In this document: positions 60,480 to 64,000 of the stretch, piece after piece | How positions within the stretch are numbered: the first letter of the stretch is position 1 | Layout of the letters: each line of letters opens with the position of its first letter | NCBI GenBank assembly: GCA_002256025.1 | Contig: NKIB01012745.1 | Coordinates: 1-64,000, forward strand | Direction of reading: 5' to 3' | Length of the DNA stretch: 64,000 nt | Source of the DNA: Asterionella formosa | Lineage: Eukaryota | Position numbers and translations under genes: made by a program | Notes under the pieces: generated by a model | What the model was told of the DNA's origin: nothing | The model's input: the letters and a program-made list of their open reading frames with translations, nothing else | Databases searched by the model: none

Positions 60480-61050
60480 TTCACTTGTGTGCTTTCTAAA
60501 AGAGTGAGCTTAAACTAAAATGTAATTTTGAAATGTAGTTTCGATTGAAACATGGCAACTCCTACATGTTTCTGAAAATTAATTGCTTTTTGTTCCTTGG
60601 AGGCGAGGTTCTTCATAGTTCCTACAGCTGTAGTGAAGTAGATTACATCCTCTTCCTTGCTTGTAGCAGCCAAACATATATCCATCTAGCCTAGGGAGAT
60701 TTTAGGACATAGATGCTCCTTTACTGAGATACTTCTTTCAGGTATCTGCGCTATGATGATTGGATTGTTCCTCAATCCTTTAATAGTATGATTCTATTGT
60801 TCTTCAATCCTTTGGACAGAACGGATTTGTCTCTCCAATCATTTGTAGTTTAGGGTTTACCAAACTTGTTTGGTAAACATAGGGAAAACTTGATAGAATT
60901 CGCCCTTCGACGTTGTTCTTTATAAAATGTCTGAAGGGGGTTATTAATCTTGGTACCTAATTGTGCATTGTTCCATCAAACACAACAGCTAGTAGGGAAA
61001 TGTTGTCTTCACACAAAAGTGGAGACCCAACTGGGAATCAGGAATCAAGA
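60480..61050 (-). repeat. Diverged dispersed repeat, copy B (related to 30690-31300)
   Basis: Collinear shared blocks with 30690-31300. Confidence 0.45.
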
Positions 61051-61289
61051 ATTCTTCTGTGTTTCAACTCCTGGTACCGGTATGGGTAATGTGTAGTCTA
61101 ATATGTTCCGGTATAATCACAGCATAATGTAGTCTGCCGGTACCTGGTACGGTAATTGCGACGGTCTCGAAACATCACAGGAGGCCTCAAAAATCTCAAC
61201 CACAATTATGCACTCGAGGATTACCGGTAGCTATTTTTCCTTTTTCTCTGGAACAACTCTTGATTTATTTGCTTTCTGTGCTCTTCATT

Positions 61290-62175
61290 ATGCCTCCCTC
61301 TGCTGCTTCCCAATTATTTAGCGTTGTCGGAAAGAATGTATTGGTTACTGGGGGATCACGAGGAATCGGTTTGATGATAGCAAAAGGTTTTGTGTCTGGA
61401 GGCGCCAACGTGCTCTTGACATCACGAGACGAAAAAGCTTGTGCAGAAGCAGCTCAATCAATTCAATGTCAACATGTTGCTTCCAATGTATCAACACGAG
61501 AAGGTTGCAAAGCTTTGGCGGATCATGTTTCAAAAGTCTTTGATGGAAAACTACATGTCCTTATCAACAACGCTGGTACGTCCTGGGGTGAGCCTCTTGA
61601 GCGCGAGTCTGGACGAGTCAACTGGGGGTGGGACAAAGTTTTGGATCTCAACGTCAAGGGTGTCTTTTATTTAACACGTGAATGCATACCCATGTTGGAA
61701 AAATCTGGCTCCTTACAAGATCCAAGCCGCGTTATAGTAAGTAGTGTTGTGCATTTTGGGACGTAGTTGGGCTTGGTCAGCTAAACAACTTCCTCGTTCT
61801 CCAAAACAGAACATTGGATCTGTTACGGGTATTGTCCCCCAAGATGCTCCGACCCATGCATATGATATTTCTAAAGCCGCTGTTCATCAACTTACCAAGA
61901 AGCTGTCGTCGGATTTAGCCAAGAAGAACATCACAGTGAACGCTGTAGCACCAGGCTTTGTTCCATCACGAATGAGTGATGGACTTGCAACTTGGGGTGC
62001 AACCAGCGAACAAATTGCGTCCAAGATCCCCCTGGGTCGTATGGGAAGCGATGATGACATGGCCGGTGCTTGTATCTATTTCGCGAGTCGAGCCGGTTCA
62101 TGGTGTACGGGTGTAATTCTCAACGTCGATGGTGGTACAATTGGTGCCATGCAAATACCACTTTCCAGTTTGTAA
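61290..62175 (+). CDS. Short-chain dehydrogenase/reductase (RhlG/FabG-like); 2 exons (61290-61736, 61810-62175)
   Basis: TGGSRGIG, LINNAG, INIGS, YDISK (YxxxK), NAVAPG, IPLGR, VDGG; GTAAG...CAG intron 61737-61809. Confidence 0.92.
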
Positions 62176-63246
62176 ATTTGTTTACTAGATACGTTGGGAT
62201 TAAAGGTCCAAAATGGCTCGAAATTCGCTCAGTCTTCATACAAATAGATCACTAATTCATTTTTATTCATACAACTAACAAGTCTGAGCTGCGGGATCCG
62301 ATTTCAGTAATGTTGTTGTACAGCTAGTAATTGAAGTTTTGATTGGGAATCGCCCTCTACGCGAGACACGATCATGTATCTCGAATTACAAGAAAACGGT
62401 AGGAAGAAGATAAATGAATATTCACAATGACATTGGCCGATTCAAGTTCCTTGCGATCACCTTCCTACACGGAATTTCTTTAGAGCTCAATGTATCAATT
62501 GTTTAAGAAGACACAGGCAAGTTGGTAACATACCAAAACCATGAACTTTTTTGGATGACTTTAAGCCCATCTACGACTGCTCAAATGATAGTCGAAATAG
62601 AATCTTTTAGATTGATCAACTATTTCACAAATTTCAATACTATCTATGACATTTCATTTGCGACTTTCCACCGCAATCGGTTTCCGGCTAAACTTCAGTG
62701 TAGAAAACCCAGGAGGAGCGGTAGCTGTCGTCGCAGTTATGTTATACATCTTGGCTTGTTTTCTCAGCTGCATTTAGTATACGAGGAAGAAAGTCCCGCG
62801 GTTCACCCAGGATTGGAACATAATCTTCATGGAGGCCCTGTGTCCTAAGCCCGGGCCAAGAATCGATGCAAATTCTTTTCTTGAGGAGAGAATCTCATAG
62901 GCATCAAGTTAATGACAGATAACCGAGCAAAAGGGGCGTGGTTCTGCTTTCTAGCTATGTAGGGAATGAATATTTGAATTCTAGCTTCCTACTAAAAGTT
63001 CCTTGATACTATGGTGTCGAATAGCACATTTCAAAAAGCACATGATCGATCATCCCTCTCCCTTCAGGTTCACTGTTGTAGCAATCTTCATATTAGATTT
63101 TCTACTTATTGGATATAAACAATCGCAAGAGAACATATCAACTCGTAATCGATCACTCCGTCTGAGGTTAATTCTCGTCGTCACCCGATGATTCCATGCT
63201 ACCTTTTTTTGAATGATTATAATGTGAATCAATTCACTAAATGAAA

Positions 63247-64000
63247 TCATTGGTTCCCCATAGCGACTTTTTGGTCTTTTTCGGTTGTTGCAGCAAAAAG
63301 AGGCCTGGAAGATTCACATCCATCACCTGATTCGTTTTCGACGAAACTGTCACTCGACAAACCCTTGTCGTCCAATTCAGAGTCAAGCAAGGGAGAATGA
63401 GCCCATGGCGAGAAAAATTCAGCAAACATTTGATCGTCTCCGACAATGATCATTGATGCGAGACGAGCAACAACCAATTTCAGTCCATGAACGAACCAAT
63501 CACGGTCTTCCGGTGTGGCTGCTTCGAAGACATAGCGAGCATTCGAGTTCGTCAGAATAGAAAAACTGCTATGAACTTTAGCAAATGGATAAACTTCTCT
63601 GTCAAGAGTTTCCGGGGTCAAAACACGAACCACGGATAGGAGGTCGATTGAATCGGGGGTTCGACAAGACATACCCAATTTACGATGGTTGAGATGTGGC
63701 TGATACGTTTCACGCCACATGAACTTGGGATGAACTACAGTAGATTGCAATCTCGATCCCATCTCAAACCAACCCTGGACAGAAACAGGAGATTTCGACG
63801 TGACAGAACTCTGATCGGTTCCACCACCTTGAACATCGTCCGCATTTGAAGGGTGCCAAATAAGTGTGACAGTTCCCAAAGTAAGTTCCTGTAAAATGAA
63901 AAGTGAAGTGATTGAGATGCGATAGCTCCTCGACTTGTATTCACTACATGAACTTGACTTACCTTCAAGAACTCTTCCACCGCCACATCATCTCGAAAGT
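63247..64000 (-). CDS. Uncharacterised protein with a PH-like region, 5'-partial; intron 63962-63889
   Basis: Spliced frame …EEFLK/ELTLGTVTLIWHP…SIDLLSVVRV…SFSI…YVFEAATPEDRDWFVHGLKLVVARLAS, resembling a PH-domain C-terminal helix. Confidence 0.7.

Overview
Eukaryotic nuclear DNA, most likely from a diatom. The evidence is short GT-AG introns, a DUF6824-type gene, bipartite signal+transit plastid presequences with ASAFAP-like cleavage sites, and pogo-like transposon relics. About 22 protein-coding genes lie in compact islands separated by AT-rich, transposon-derived gaps: DUF6824 protein, RsmE, V-ATPase G, EDRF1-like, TPX2-like, SQR, SYS1, class IV HDAC, UTP25, ClpR, mitochondrial ATP synthase b, VPS35, beta-propeller glycosidase, RPL14, HisIE, ATG5, an SDR and several unknowns. 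Two observations stand out. (1) An intronless bacterial type I (SqrA-like) sulfide:quinone oxidoreductase has an apparent plastid-targeting presequence, suggesting sulfide-to-plastoquinone electron entry in a eukaryotic alga. (2) Non-coding DNA is saturated with TA-CCGG-TA and TA-CC(A/T)GG-TA words. These can be seen as insertions relative to a sister repeat copy, and they match the CCA...TGG termini and TA target site of a pogo-like element and a ~90-bp MITE family in the same window, so they are probably excision footprints. All calls come from reading the sequence and translations by eye; no searches were run.
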